A DNA stretch of 64,000 nt from a bacterium (lineage in GTDB: Bacteria > Patescibacteriota > Minisyncoccia > Phycocordibacterales > Zambryskibacteraceae): contig JAUSGI010000006.1 of NCBI GenBank assembly GCA_030649135.1, positions 43,534 to 107,533 of the forward strand. The letters run 5' to 3'. The notes under the pieces were generated by a model. It saw only the letters and a program-made list of their open reading frames with translations, made no database searches and was not told where the DNA came from. A program made the position numbers and the translations under genes. Below, one piece after another: positions 1 through 9,474 of this stretch (within the stretch, counting starts at the first letter, position 1; each line of letters opens with the position of its first letter).

Positions 1-1669
1 AAATCCTCAAACCGCTGGAACATCACCTCGGCAACTTCGTGCGTGGTATAGGTCTTATGCTTGATTTTCGTTTTCCATTGTGTCCGCACGCCGGTATCTG
101 CTTCCTCAAACTCAACTGTCATATCCTCCACAGGAAGTTCCGTTGAAAGATCAACATAACCCTTTTTGAATAACTGATATGGCTTCTCCATTTTGTAAGT
201 TTCGGTGCGCGGCTTCGGATCGTACTCAATGTTCAGCAGTTCAAAATTAAATTCGGACGAGGTAACTGGAAATGTTGGTATTCGTTTTTCAAATTCCAAA
301 ACTTCATGGACAAGGTGTCGTATGTCATCCGCCCATCTATCATGATTGAAAACAGTTACTTCCGGTTGCGCGCCTTTCCAGCCGTCCGGCACGCGTAAGC
401 CGCGCCCAAGCACTTGAGCGATAAGCAACTTACTTTCAAACGCTCTTTTTTCGTGGGGGACAATTTGAAAAACGCGTTTTACATCCCAACCCTCGTTGAG
501 CATGGAAACCGACAAAATCCACTCGACCTTACTGTTTGCGTTGTTTACGCTTGCGAGGCGCGGCAAATCTGGTGCGTCGCTATGAATAACAAGCACCTGT
601 TCGTCAATCTGCTCTCGGCTTTTGCCGGTCTCTTCTTTCAAAAACGCTTTGAATTTTTCTGCTACATCTTTACACCCACTAATATCTTTCGTAACGATAA
701 TTGTAAGCGGGCGCAATTTATGCGCTTTCAATTTGCGCCTTATTTCTTCGTGGTGATTAAGTACCAACTGCCACTTTTCTGTTTCCGGTTGTCTCGTCTG
801 CGGCATTTCGGCAACATACTGCACTTTCTTAACAAATTTTTCTTCCATTGCTTGCCGCAACGAGTAACGATAAATCACATCGGAAAAATACTCGTTGCCG
901 AGATAGCAAGTGCCAGAAACGCCAATGACATAACGAAAGCCGTAATCTGGATCGGTCAAAAATTCCTTCCACTTTTTCGCTTTGCTCGCCACTTCGTTTG
1001 CGACATGGTGCGTCTCGTCGTTCAAAATGAGTGTCCTGTCTCCTTTGCCCTGCAGGCTGTCGCGGATTGACGAGCGCACATGAGCGAGAATTGCGTGATA
1101 GTTTTCTATACAAATACTGCCAGATACAATGCTTTCGCTCGCGTTTATGACGTGCGGAGCGTTCACTGCTGCGTTTGCGGGTAAAAGGTCGCGCAAGTCG
1201 GCGTTTCCTGCCAGTAGCTCAAATTTTTCCAGCAATCCGGTCTCTATCGTCGTGGACGGACACAACACTAAAACTCTATCAACCGCGCCCTCGGCAAGCA
1301 TGATCGCCGCAATGCCATACATCACATAGCTTTTGCCCGTGCCGGTCGCCAAATCAAGCGAGGCGGCGAGTTGGTCCGGCAATTGCAAATACCGTTCCAG
1401 ATTTCCGATTGAGCCGTATTTATCGCGCAAAACTTCGTTATGCTCAAAATTCTTTCCAGCCAAATCGCGCAAATCCCGATACTCGCCGCCGAGTAAATAC
1501 CGCGTAGCGGCGCGGATTGCGTCTTTTTGATACTCACGAATGCCGCAAAGCTCATCAAGAAACGCCTCGTACTTATTTTCGTCCCATTTGCGACGATCAA
1601 CCGAAGTGCTGACATCAAGCACTAGGTCTTCATTATGAAATCGTTTTGTTCCGTTTGTTCTTCTTGGCA
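1..1669 (-). CDS. res: Type III restriction endonuclease Res subunit (helicase-like), partial; its C-terminus lies beyond the window start
   Basis: Manual reverse-complement translation from the ATG at 1667-1669 gives MPRRTNGTKRFHNEDLV...DLATGTGKSYVMYG (Walker A)...LILNDETHHVAN (DExH motif II)...SMLNEGWDV. The frame stays open to position 1. This ORF is missing from the six-frame track, which appears to omit edge-truncated ORFs; the + strand ORF 414..1070 is antisense noise. It sits 3 bp downstream of the Mod gene on the same strand. Confidence 0.8.
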
Positions 1670-1672
1670 TAA

Positions 1673-3544
1673 TTATTTTTTAGCTTTGGCACGAAGCACT
1701 TTTGGTGTAATGACAATGCGTGATTCGTTGCCGTAAATATCCAAAAATACGAGCATGACATCACCTTTAATTTCTTTGGTGGGTAGCTCTATTTTCCACT
1801 TGTTATCTTTTATCGCGCTCGCGTAAAACGCTTTATCCAAATCAAATACCTTTCCGTTGTAATCGTAATCTACCATCACCATTGAAAGCGCGTCGTGCTT
1901 GCTAATTTTATCCTCTCCGCGCAGTCGCGCCTTGCTCTCAAACTTCTTTATTTTAACAGACACGGCTTGTTTCTTTGCGGCAAGCTCAAGCTCAACTACC
2001 GGCGGCTGGATAAAATCAAAACCCACCGCCTCAACGGTTTCGTTGATAGCCATTTCGTCGTTTGGCTGAACGAGCGCGGAAAATTTACGTCGGTGCAGTT
2101 CGTTGATAAAAGAATACGGAATACGAAGCGCGTAATATCGCACACCGTCCATTTCGAGATAATCCTCTTGGAAAAGGAACGCGCCGCGCGGAGCAATAAT
2201 AAAGCAACGATCTCCAACGGCTTTTCCAATGCTTGCGTGCAAGTCTGCTATTGTCTGCTGGCTAATCTGTCCTTCCTTAAAATGATTGAAAACATGAACG
2301 CTTGAACCTTGTCGCTTGCCATCCATTTGGAAGCCATGAATTTTGTGTGGCTCGTCTTTGCACTCAAAAAGCTGGAGCGCAAAAAATCGCCAATCTTCCC
2401 ACGGCAAATTTCTCAAATTCTCAAAATCATACAAACCAGCGTTATAAAGTGTGAACGGCTTGGCGGCAAGCGACTCACCAGTATTGCTGATATTTTTGCG
2501 TAAAGTTAGCATTCGTTTTTGAATGGTATAAACTGCGAGCTTACTTACATCAATTGCAATCCAGCGTCGCTCTAACTTTTCGGCTGTCGCGGAAGTCGTT
2601 CCCGAACCCGCAAAAACATCCATAACAATATCACCTTTATTTGAGGAAGCTTCAATAATGCGCTTAATCAATGCCTCTGGTTTCTGTGTCGGAAAATCAA
2701 CTCGCTCTTTTGAATCCGCCTCTGTACCTAAAGGATAAATATCTTCCCAAACATCCCTACATACAGAATTGTGATACCACTTTTGTTTGTCTTTATCGAA
2801 AAATTCAGGATATTTTTCACTAAAGTTATATTTCTTTTGCTGATACGATTTGTAGTATTGTGTGTTAAAAAGAAAATTACCGTTTTTTGCGTAGTAATAA
2901 ATATTATCGTGTTTTCTGGCAAAGAAATTTTTACTTACACCACCAGTCCTATAACTCCAAATAATCTCATTTATAAAATTTTGTTCTCCAAAAATTTCAT
3001 CCATTAAAACTTTTATGTAATGGCCTTTCCTATAATCAAGATGCACATAAATTCCACCATCATTTGCGAGTAACTCTTTTAAAAGAATAAGCCTCTTTCG
3101 CATAAATTCTAAAAATGCGCTGCCAGCAATTTTATCTTGATATGCTTTTTGATCTTGGCTTCCTTTGAAATCTCGCCGTGTTGAAAATGGTGGATCAATG
3201 TAAATAAGCCGAACGCCCGGCGTGCCGTCGGCGTTCACCAGCTTTCCATCTGCTTTCATTTGCAAAAGCGTCTTTATAGCCTGCAAATTGTCGCCAAAAA
3301 TAAGTTTGTTGTGCCAATCAACCCCGTTCTGTCCAAAAGTGCTGACTTCTTGAAACGGCACAGCCATTGTGTCGGCGAGAATTTGCTCCTCGGTTTCTTT
3401 GCCGTTGTAGACAAGTTCGTACTCGCGGCGTTCGGGCGGAAAAAACTCTCGCGCCCACTCTGCCGGAAGTTCCTCGCCGGTTTCGGTCAGCTTGAGTCCT
3501 CGTTTTAGCAACTCGTATATCTTTTCTTGACGACGTTTGTCCAT
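1673..3544 (-). CDS. mod: Type III R-M Mod subunit (beta-class N6-adenine DNA methyltransferase)
   Basis: 623 aa ORF. Motif IV IYIDPPFS (DPPF) precedes motif I VMDVFAGSGTT (FxGxG), the beta-class order typical of Type III Mod proteins. Immediately upstream of the res-like gene on the same strand. Confidence 0.85.
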   Translation of the reverse strand: MDKRRQEKIYELLKRGLKLTETGEELPAEWAREFFPPERREYELVYNGKETEEQILADTMAVPFQEVSTFGQNGVDWHNKLIFGDNLQAIKTLLQMKADGKLVNADGTPGVRLIYIDPPFSTRRDFKGSQDQKAYQDKIAGSAFLEFMRKRLILLKELLANDGGIYVHLDYRKGHYIKVLMDEIFGEQNFINEIIWSYRTGGVSKNFFARKHDNIYYYAKNGNFLFNTQYYKSYQQKKYNFSEKYPEFFDKDKQKWYHNSVCRDVWEDIYPLGTEADSKERVDFPTQKPEALIKRIIEASSNKGDIVMDVFAGSGTTSATAEKLERRWIAIDVSKLAVYTIQKRMLTLRKNISNTGESLAAKPFTLYNAGLYDFENLRNLPWEDWRFFALQLFECKDEPHKIHGFQMDGKRQGSSVHVFNHFKEGQISQQTIADLHASIGKAVGDRCFIIAPRGAFLFQEDYLEMDGVRYYALRIPYSFINELHRRKFSALVQPNDEMAINETVEAVGFDFIQPPVVELELAAKKQAVSVKIKKFESKARLRGEDKISKHDALSMVMVDYDYNGKVFDLDKAFYASAIKDNKWKIELPTKEIKGDVMLVFLDIYGNESRIVITPKVLRAKAKK

Positions 3545-3792
3545 TCAATTCATCATACCCCAAAACATCTCTATTCGTCTTGCATTGCCAATATATGTAT
3601 TATCTATCCTCATACTGTCATTGTGGCTTGCTGTGGTCCTCTGGGGCGCGAGTTTTGTGCTATTTTGTAGTTACGCCTTGTTGGCCCGAAATCTCACTAT
3701 ATTGCCCTAAAGCACACGTTCTAACTTCGTTCAACATGCGGAGCCAGTCAGAATTTGGCAAGGTTTTGGGAAAAGAAAAACTTTGAACTACA

Positions 3793-4149
3793 ATGGACGA
3801 AAAAGCAGAAAATAAAAATGATAAGCCGATTCTGTCGAAGACGAAAAAGGTTATCATATTGGCTCTTGCCATAACTTTTTTTGTATTCTCCATATTCAAT
3901 GTATATTTAGAAATTCGCAGGCAATTTATGTGTAGTCAGATGGTACTTCTTAATGCACAAATCCCGCCCTCCGACATTGATAGTTACATCTTGAGAAAAG
4001 AGGCTTTTGAAAATGTTTGCCTTGAAAGAACTGGACTTGGAAGTTACTTTTGGGCATTCGCTAGTTTCTGGTTTCTCGGCTATGTGATAACTTTTTTCGG
4101 CAAACATCCAGAAAAAGTACAAGCTAAGGATAACGGCATTGCTTCTTGA
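3793..4149 (+). CDS. hypothetical small membrane protein
   Basis: 118 aa ORF with two hydrophobic segments; no recognised motif. Confidence 0.35.
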   Translation: MDEKAENKNDKPILSKTKKVIILALAITFFVFSIFNVYLEIRRQFMCSQMVLLNAQIPPSDIDSYILRKEAFENVCLERTGLGSYFWAFASFWFLGYVITFFGKHPEKVQAKDNGIAS

Positions 4150-4179
4150 CCTTTCATCTGATAAGCGTATCGTAAGTTT

Positions 4180-4626
4180 ATGAGAAAATATGTCTTTATT
4201 GCGCTTTTTACATATACATTCATCCCATTAGCAGTCAGTGCCCATCCTGGCAACACAGCTTCTGATGGATGCCACTATTGCAGGACAAATTGTGATAAAT
4301 GGGGTGTCGCATGGAATGAAAGGCATTGTCATGCTTCTAAGGGTGTCCCCCAACCTACGGAACCTATAAGAAGTATTCGGGGAGAGGTTAGAGGAACTGC
4401 GGTACCGGCACCTGAGTATCAGACCTATATACCTAAGGCTTCCATTCCTGTTAGTGAGCCAGCCAAAGCTTTAAAGGAGATTAAAACTCAGGTACAAAAG
4501 AAGACATCAGCACCAGTTAATAATCAAGTAGTGGGAACATCAACGTCGTCCAAAGATATTGTTCCAATATCTCAACCGAAGCCACAACAGAAGAAAAGCT
4601 TTTGGGCTAGATTCTTTGGCAGGTAG
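4180..4626 (+). CDS. hypothetical secreted protein
   Basis: N-terminal signal-peptide-like MRKYVFIALFTYTFIPLAVSAHPG, Cys-containing N-domain, Pro/Gln/Ser-rich low-complexity C-terminal half. Confidence 0.45.
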   Translation: MRKYVFIALFTYTFIPLAVSAHPGNTASDGCHYCRTNCDKWGVAWNERHCHASKGVPQPTEPIRSIRGEVRGTAVPAPEYQTYIPKASIPVSEPAKALKEIKTQVQKKTSAPVNNQVVGTSTSSKDIVPISQPKPQQKKSFWARFFGR

Positions 4627-4774
4627 TATATTTATCTACTGCTTGGGTTGAAATTCATTTTTTAGCTTTCCTTAAACTTTCTCAGCTTCTTCCACTTTTC
4701 TCATAGCTCTAATTAACATTAACCTTTGAGCCATTTGTTGCATATATTCTCGGTTTAAAAGGAGCGGTATATGA

Positions 4775-5200
4775 ATGCTATACTTGGGGAGCCCGAATAA
4801 AATGTCTTACCCTAGAGGATATATAAATAAGGAATTAGAGAAAGAGATCGATAGGTATGGTGATGAAAGTCCAAATAGTCATTTGGGACCTTCCTACTAC
4901 GCAAGAGCTTCACTTGGATTAACTGAATTAGAAAGAAGGAGCACAAAGAAAATAAATATGTTCTCTCTTTCTATAAGTACGCTTGCCTTAGTCTTTTCAT
5001 TTTTAGCAGTTAAATACTCGGCAGAGCAAGCTGAATATTCAAGAATTCAAAGCGGTCCAGAACAAGTAAATCTGGCTCGTGCCATAAAACAGGCATTAGA
5101 ATTTTGTAAGAACCAAAGAGAATGGGAACCTACAAGTCTGATGAATACCTCATCAGGAGAACAGATGACGTGTTCAGAAGTGTTAAAATCATATAAATAA
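4775..5200 (+). CDS. hypothetical protein with one predicted TM helix
   Basis: 141 aa ORF; its stop overlaps the next start (TAAATG). Confidence 0.35.
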   Translation: MLYLGSPNKMSYPRGYINKELEKEIDRYGDESPNSHLGPSYYARASLGLTELERRSTKKINMFSLSISTLALVFSFLAVKYSAEQAEYSRIQSGPEQVNLARAIKQALEFCKNQREWEPTSLMNTSSGEQMTCSEVLKSYK

Positions 5201-5584
5201 ATGAAGACAATCTTAGTTGATGCTGTAGATTGTTTCGTTTCAGATACAGGAGAGATTTATAATGAAATGCACGATCTTCTTGAGACCTACCCTAACAAGA
5301 AGATTATTCTTACTGGTGCAAATGATGAGCAATTTCAGAAATTCGGCTTAGACAAGATGCCTTATGAGGTATTTACCCTAAAGCATAGTCCTGAAAAAAC
5401 AGACCCTTCCTATTATGTAAAGATGCTTGAGAACTTTGGATTAGGTAAGGAAGAGGTTATCTACTTTGAACACAACCCTGAAGCAGTTAAGAGCGCTCAA
5501 TCTGCTGGAATAAAATCTTATTTCTTTGATTACGATAAGAAGGACTTGGCAAGCCTAAAAATATTCTTAGATAAAGACCTGTAG
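5201..5584 (+). CDS. HAD-superfamily-like small hydrolase (possibly degenerate)
   Basis: Pattern ILVDAVDCF...ILTGAND...YFEHNPEAVKSAQSAG resembles HAD motifs I-IV, with substitutions at the catalytic Asp positions. Confidence 0.35.
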   Translation: MKTILVDAVDCFVSDTGEIYNEMHDLLETYPNKKIILTGANDEQFQKFGLDKMPYEVFTLKHSPEKTDPSYYVKMLENFGLGKEEVIYFEHNPEAVKSAQSAGIKSYFFDYDKKDLASLKIFLDKDL

Positions 5585-5590
5585 ATAATA

Positions 5591-5893
5591 ATGGGATATC
5601 TAATTCTTATCTTTTTCTTTGGAATCATACCGTCTATATTGTTATTGTATTTCGCGAGAAATTATTTTAATTGGAAAGCATTCGGCATTACAGTCTTTAT
5701 AGTATTTGTAGCGGCTTTTATCAGTGACTATATCGGAATTGAGAAAGAACTGTGGACCTATGGCATCAGTGGTACACAAACAATTGGTAAAACCGTCTTT
5801 GGCGTCCCAATAGAAGATTTAATATTCTTCCTCACAATTCCCCCATGGATTATTGGTAGCTACGAGTTATTGAAAGCTAAGTTTTCAAGATAG
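5591..5893 (+). CDS. hypothetical membrane protein (3 TM)
   Basis: 100 aa hydrophobic ORF. Confidence 0.4.
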   Translation: MGYLILIFFFGIIPSILLLYFARNYFNWKAFGITVFIVFVAAFISDYIGIEKELWTYGISGTQTIGKTVFGVPIEDLIFFLTIPPWIIGSYELLKAKFSR

Positions 5894-5999
5894 ACAGGTT
5901 TAATAAATACCCTTGCATGGTAATCGAGACCCATGGTCGCTGATTAATTTGACTTAATTTTATAATGTGTTATCGTCTACCCTAGAAAGGGGTGTCCGA

Positions 6000-6368
6000 A
6001 TGCCTAAGTCAGCAGGTAGAGAAAAGAAGCTGGTAGTGTACGGGCAGACCTTGCAGAAAGCTCGACTCTCCTCAGGCATACTCAACCAAAAGCAAGCAGC
6101 CTCCCGCCTAACAGATGGTGGGCTACAGTGCTCTCAGCCTCTTATCGCTCAACACGAGACTGGCCGGATAGTGGATCCTTCGCTAAATTTTTTGAAGGCC
6201 ATTGCAGCTTTGTACGAAGTTGACTACCGAGACCTGGTCGCTGTACTCGTGATGGATAAGTACGGTGTCGATTTCACCTCTGGAGAGAAGCCTCGGAACT
6301 TGCTGATCCAGCTCGTGGAAAAAAATCTGGAGGAGTTGCAAAAGGAGCTTGCCAGGCTCAAGAAATGA
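6000..6368 (+). CDS. XRE-family helix-turn-helix transcriptional regulator
   Basis: MPKSAGREKKLVVYGQTLQKARLSSGILNQKQAASRL...SQPLIAQHETGR fits the HTH_XRE pattern. ATG at 6000 follows a purine-rich aaagggg. The track's longer ORF starts at GTG 5967. Confidence 0.6.
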   Translation: MPKSAGREKKLVVYGQTLQKARLSSGILNQKQAASRLTDGGLQCSQPLIAQHETGRIVDPSLNFLKAIAALYEVDYRDLVAVLVMDKYGVDFTSGEKPRNLLIQLVEKNLEELQKELARLKK

Positions 6369-6388
6369 GTGTGGATGGGAAAATAAAG

Positions 6389-6430
6389 AACCGCTTACCA
6401 CAAAACTGGGGAGGCGGTTTTGTGTTTTAT
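6389..6430 (+). terminator. rho-independent terminator after the XRE regulator gene
   Basis: aaccgc...gcggtt stem followed by ttttgtgttttat. Confidence 0.5.
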
Positions 6431-6574
6431 ACGGAACTAAACCTCATAAGCTCTAAGCCTCGCACTATATTAGGCAAATTAAGAGTCCTGAACTGCTCAA
6501 CTAGAGAGTTCTGAACCCCGCCTGCCAGGCCCGGCGGGCAGGTCGTCCAATCATCGGAGCCATGATGGGAGCAC

Positions 6575-7267
6575 TTGGGATATAATGGGAGCATGATCGA
6601 TCAGATTAAAAAATGGAACCAAAGTCATACTGAAATTCCTAAAGATAAAAGTGTTTCTCAATATGCTATTGAAAGAGAGAAAGATTTTACAAGAAACTCA
6701 TTTGTCTGTGAATTGGGAGGAGGAACGGGAGCTGATGCCATTTATTTTTTGCAACATGAGCATAAAGTGGCTTTAGTTGATATTTCAGACTATGCCTTAA
6801 AAATAGCTTTGGAAAAAGCAGAACAACTAAGTTTAAAGTTGGAAACTCACAGGGTAACCTTAGGAAAAGATGCAATACCGTTAGAAGATGAGAGTATAGA
6901 TGTCGTTTATTCTAGACTCGCCCTGCACTATTTTGATTGGCAAACTACAGTCAACATTTTTAAAGAAATTTATCGCATAATGAAAAACGGAGGAAGAGCT
7001 TACATTACGGTCAAATCCCCCGATGATTATGAAGAAATGAGTTTTCTAAGACAAACAGCGGTAGAAAAAGATAAAGGTATTTTTATGGATAAAGGCGATA
7101 TCAAGAGTAGGTTTACAATAGAACAACTCGAAGCAATTTTAAGAGAAGCAGAAATACGCTCATTTGAGGTCAAGTCTTACTCTGAAAATTTCGGTACCAG
7201 GGTGGATAAAGTTAAATCTGGTAATACCCAGACGATTCTCAATGAGATACAAATTTCAAAAGTTTGA
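6575..7267 (+). CDS. class I SAM-dependent methyltransferase
   Basis: Motif I VCELGGGTGADAIYF (GxGxG) and a downstream acidic motif LVDISDYAL. 230 aa. Start uncertain; an alternative ATG is at 6593. Confidence 0.7.
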   Translation: MGYNGSMIDQIKKWNQSHTEIPKDKSVSQYAIEREKDFTRNSFVCELGGGTGADAIYFLQHEHKVALVDISDYALKIALEKAEQLSLKLETHRVTLGKDAIPLEDESIDVVYSRLALHYFDWQTTVNIFKEIYRIMKNGGRAYITVKSPDDYEEMSFLRQTAVEKDKGIFMDKGDIKSRFTIEQLEAILREAEIRSFEVKSYSENFGTRVDKVKSGNTQTILNEIQISKV

Positions 7268-7421
7268 CTATAAAGAGAATTTTATGGTCGCGGAGCCAAG
7301 TATTGACTTTGGTATCCGATTGTGATTGAATGTTTGAAGAAAGCACGGGGGACCCGATTTCGTCGTGATGTTTCTGCTTCAAAGTGTACGCATTTAGAGG
7401 CGCTAAGGAGGGAAACTGCTC

Positions 7422-7670
7422 GTGACGAACAATAGACCGAACGACATACACTGGGGTGCGTATCCGAAGGACGCTGTGCAGTGCGACGGCTGCGGTGGCC
7501 ATGGATGTGACGTCTGCGGCAACAGGGGCTGGTTGCCTGCTGGCCACCCTCAAGGAAGGCGATGCCGACGGGAAGGATGCAGGGAGCCGATTGCGCCGCC
7601 GCATTTCGGTGTCTACTGCACTCAAACATGCGCCTTCTTAGACAAGTCACGGACTCAGGACAGAATGTGA
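7422..7670 (+). CDS. small Cys-rich zinc-finger protein with two CxxCxGxG repeats, in a GC-rich island
   Basis: GTG start at 7422, 9 nt after the RBS aaggaggg. Contains CDGCGGHG and CDVCGNRG (DnaJ CR-type finger pattern) plus further Cys pairs. Followed by a strong hairpin terminator. Local GC is much higher than the flanks. Confidence 0.45.
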   Translation: MTNNRPNDIHWGAYPKDAVQCDGCGGHGCDVCGNRGWLPAGHPQGRRCRREGCREPIAPPHFGVYCTQTCAFLDKSRTQDRM

Positions 7671-7678
7671 CCGCCACC

Positions 7679-7736
7679 GCCGCGGGACGCGAGAAAAACC
7701 TCTCGTCCCGCGGCAGAGGGGCGGCTTTTCTTTTTA
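7679..7736 (+). terminator. rho-independent terminator
   Basis: ccgcgggacgcgaga / tctcgtcccgcgg 13-15 bp GC stem followed by cttttcttttt. Confidence 0.6.
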
Positions 7737-8067
7737 TACATAGATTCGAACATCCTCAACCCAGCCAAGTGGTATGAACGACAAAAAAGCTATTGAAATA
7801 TTAATGGGGATAGACCACAGGTATAAATTAAGCGACAAAGAAAAAGATGCTATTTCTTCAGCCATTGGCATGCTCAGCTAGTCTTCACTGACTCAAAGCA
7901 GACTAGAATCCAAGAAAAGAAAGCGAGACTAAGAATCACTCAGGTGGTGCCAAGCTATTGAACCTATACGTAACTATTGACAGAATATATTATATATGCT
8001 AGACTAGATAAGTAGCCAAATTCCACGCTAATTTCAAGACCACTTGGGATAGCTAAGGAGAAGAGAG

Positions 8068-8535
8068 ATGGCACAGCTCTTTGTAGTTGATCAGAACGGG
8101 CACGTGCTCAATAACAACGTAGCCAGCATCATCAACCTCCGGGCGCTCGGTAAGAACATCGATGCCGAGAAGAACGGATGGGTGTACACGTGGCAGGAGG
8201 TATTCACCAGCGGGACGTACAACCTGCCGAAACCAATCTGCCCCGAGGTTCTCACTTTCGGCACGGCGCGGGCCTACCTCCACGCAAGCAATGGAATCGG
8301 AGGACTGCGGGTCACGGCCCGCATCGAGTGTACGGACCCTGCGGTGCTGGAGAAGGCAATCGAAATCGTGGTCAAGTACGTCGGTGGAAAGGTCAGCACG
8401 TTTGACCTCAACCAGCCGGCGCAGCCGAACTCCTTTGTCGATGGAGTTCGGAATGACCTCAAGCGTCTCTGGCACTGGGTTCGGTACAACGCCCTGCTCA
8501 TGAGACGGCGCATCCTGCTCCGCCTCAGCATCTAA
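8068..8535 (+). CDS. hypothetical protein in GC-rich island
   Basis: 155 aa ORF with a strong RBS (taaggagaagagag then ATG). Upstream AT-rich promoter-like ttgaca(17)tagact with a TG extension. Several overlapping ORFs in other frames were judged artefacts of the high GC. Confidence 0.5.
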   Translation: MAQLFVVDQNGHVLNNNVASIINLRALGKNIDAEKNGWVYTWQEVFTSGTYNLPKPICPEVLTFGTARAYLHASNGIGGLRVTARIECTDPAVLEKAIEIVVKYVGGKVSTFDLNQPAQPNSFVDGVRNDLKRLWHWVRYNALLMRRRILLRLSI

Positions 8536-8557
8536 TCTGGAACAACAAGTAGTATCC

Positions 8558-8620
8558 GGCTCCACAAACGATTGGCTCTATACAGCCCGCCGTGTGTGGA
8601 GCCTTTCGTTTTCATTTTTA
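8558..8620 (+). terminator. rho-independent terminator
   Basis: ggctccacaaacg...cgtgtgtggagcc stem (one mismatch) followed by tttcgttttcattttta. Confidence 0.5.
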
Positions 8621-8657
8621 TACAAATTATTTTTCTACTTCTGATATACTTTCTGCC

Positions 8658-9287
8658 ATGGAACATCTGACCAATCTGTTCAAGCTTATGGAGTTAACCA
8701 GGTCTCAACCACAGTATGGCTATGCTTTGGCTGGCATTCAACAAGACGAATTAAGTAACCTTGCGGAGCACCACTACTTAGTCACTTTTATAGCGTGGCA
8801 ACTAGCTTCGCAGGTCAAGAAAGCCGGTGCCAAGATTGATATACGGAAAGTCTTGGAATTTGGACTCATTCACGACCTTGGAGAATTATTTGGGGGCGAC
8901 ATATCGATGCCATATGCTCGCGCCAATCCAAAGGCAAGAGAATACGCCAAAGCATTCGAAGAAGAGAATCAGAAATTCTTATCAAAATTTTTCGGCAATC
9001 AGTCCGAATACTTTAAGGAACTTGGGCATGAGATATTGGACGCAAAATCTGATGAATCTCTCATTGCCAAGATAGCCGATTATATCGAAGCAACTCACTA
9101 TAAGCAGTACGTAAAAGTATTCTCCAAATTCGATACAGATTTAATAAAACCAAAACTTGCGTCAATGGTCGAGAAAATGACCGACCCCATCGCCAAGAAA
9201 GAGTTGGGTAAATTTATCAATGACTGGACCAGCGATATTACAAAGAAAGAAATTCCCGAAATTCTGTATGAAAATACCGAGAAGTAG
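8658..9287 (+). CDS. HD-domain phosphohydrolase (YfbR-like 5'-deoxynucleotidase family)
   Basis: H...HD metal-binding pattern: EHHYLVTF ... GLIHDLGELFGGD. Start taken at ATG 8658 (MEHLTNLF); the track ORF begins at 8592 inside the upstream terminator. Confidence 0.65.
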   Translation: MEHLTNLFKLMELTRSQPQYGYALAGIQQDELSNLAEHHYLVTFIAWQLASQVKKAGAKIDIRKVLEFGLIHDLGELFGGDISMPYARANPKAREYAKAFEEENQKFLSKFFGNQSEYFKELGHEILDAKSDESLIAKIADYIEATHYKQYVKVFSKFDTDLIKPKLASMVEKMTDPIAKKELGKFINDWTSDITKKEIPEILYENTEK

Positions 9288-9474
9288 CAATAAACAATGT
9301 GGTTGAATCGAGGTAGAGATCCCAGCATTGCCGTGCGCAGCCCTTATGCTTACGGTTTTGTAAAAAGCATATTTTTTTTCATATAATTCGACCCCCCTAA
9401 ATCGATGACGGTCAATCTGTTTATAAGTAGATTTACCCAAAAAAGATAGTGGTGTATACTGAAATTGAACAATT

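Noticed and set aside
414-1618. Plus- and minus-strand short ORFs from the track (414..1070 +, 829..1113 -, 1129..1329 +, 1322..1618 -).
   Set aside because: They lie inside or antisense to the long res-like reading frame that runs from 1669 to the window edge. The res frame has Walker A and DExH motifs and explains the region.
7774-7881. 35-aa ORF MNDKKAIEILMGIDHRYKLSDKEKDAISSAIGMLS in the AT-rich spacer of the GC island.
   Set aside because: Too short, no RBS, and it lies in a promoter-like AT-rich segment. Kept only as a note.
8053-8565. Five overlapping ORFs in the GC-rich island (for example 8053..8565 - 170 aa, 8162..8503 + 113 aa).
   Set aside because: High GC produces long open frames in all phases. 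Only 8068..8535 + has a strong RBS, an upstream promoter-like element and a downstream terminator.
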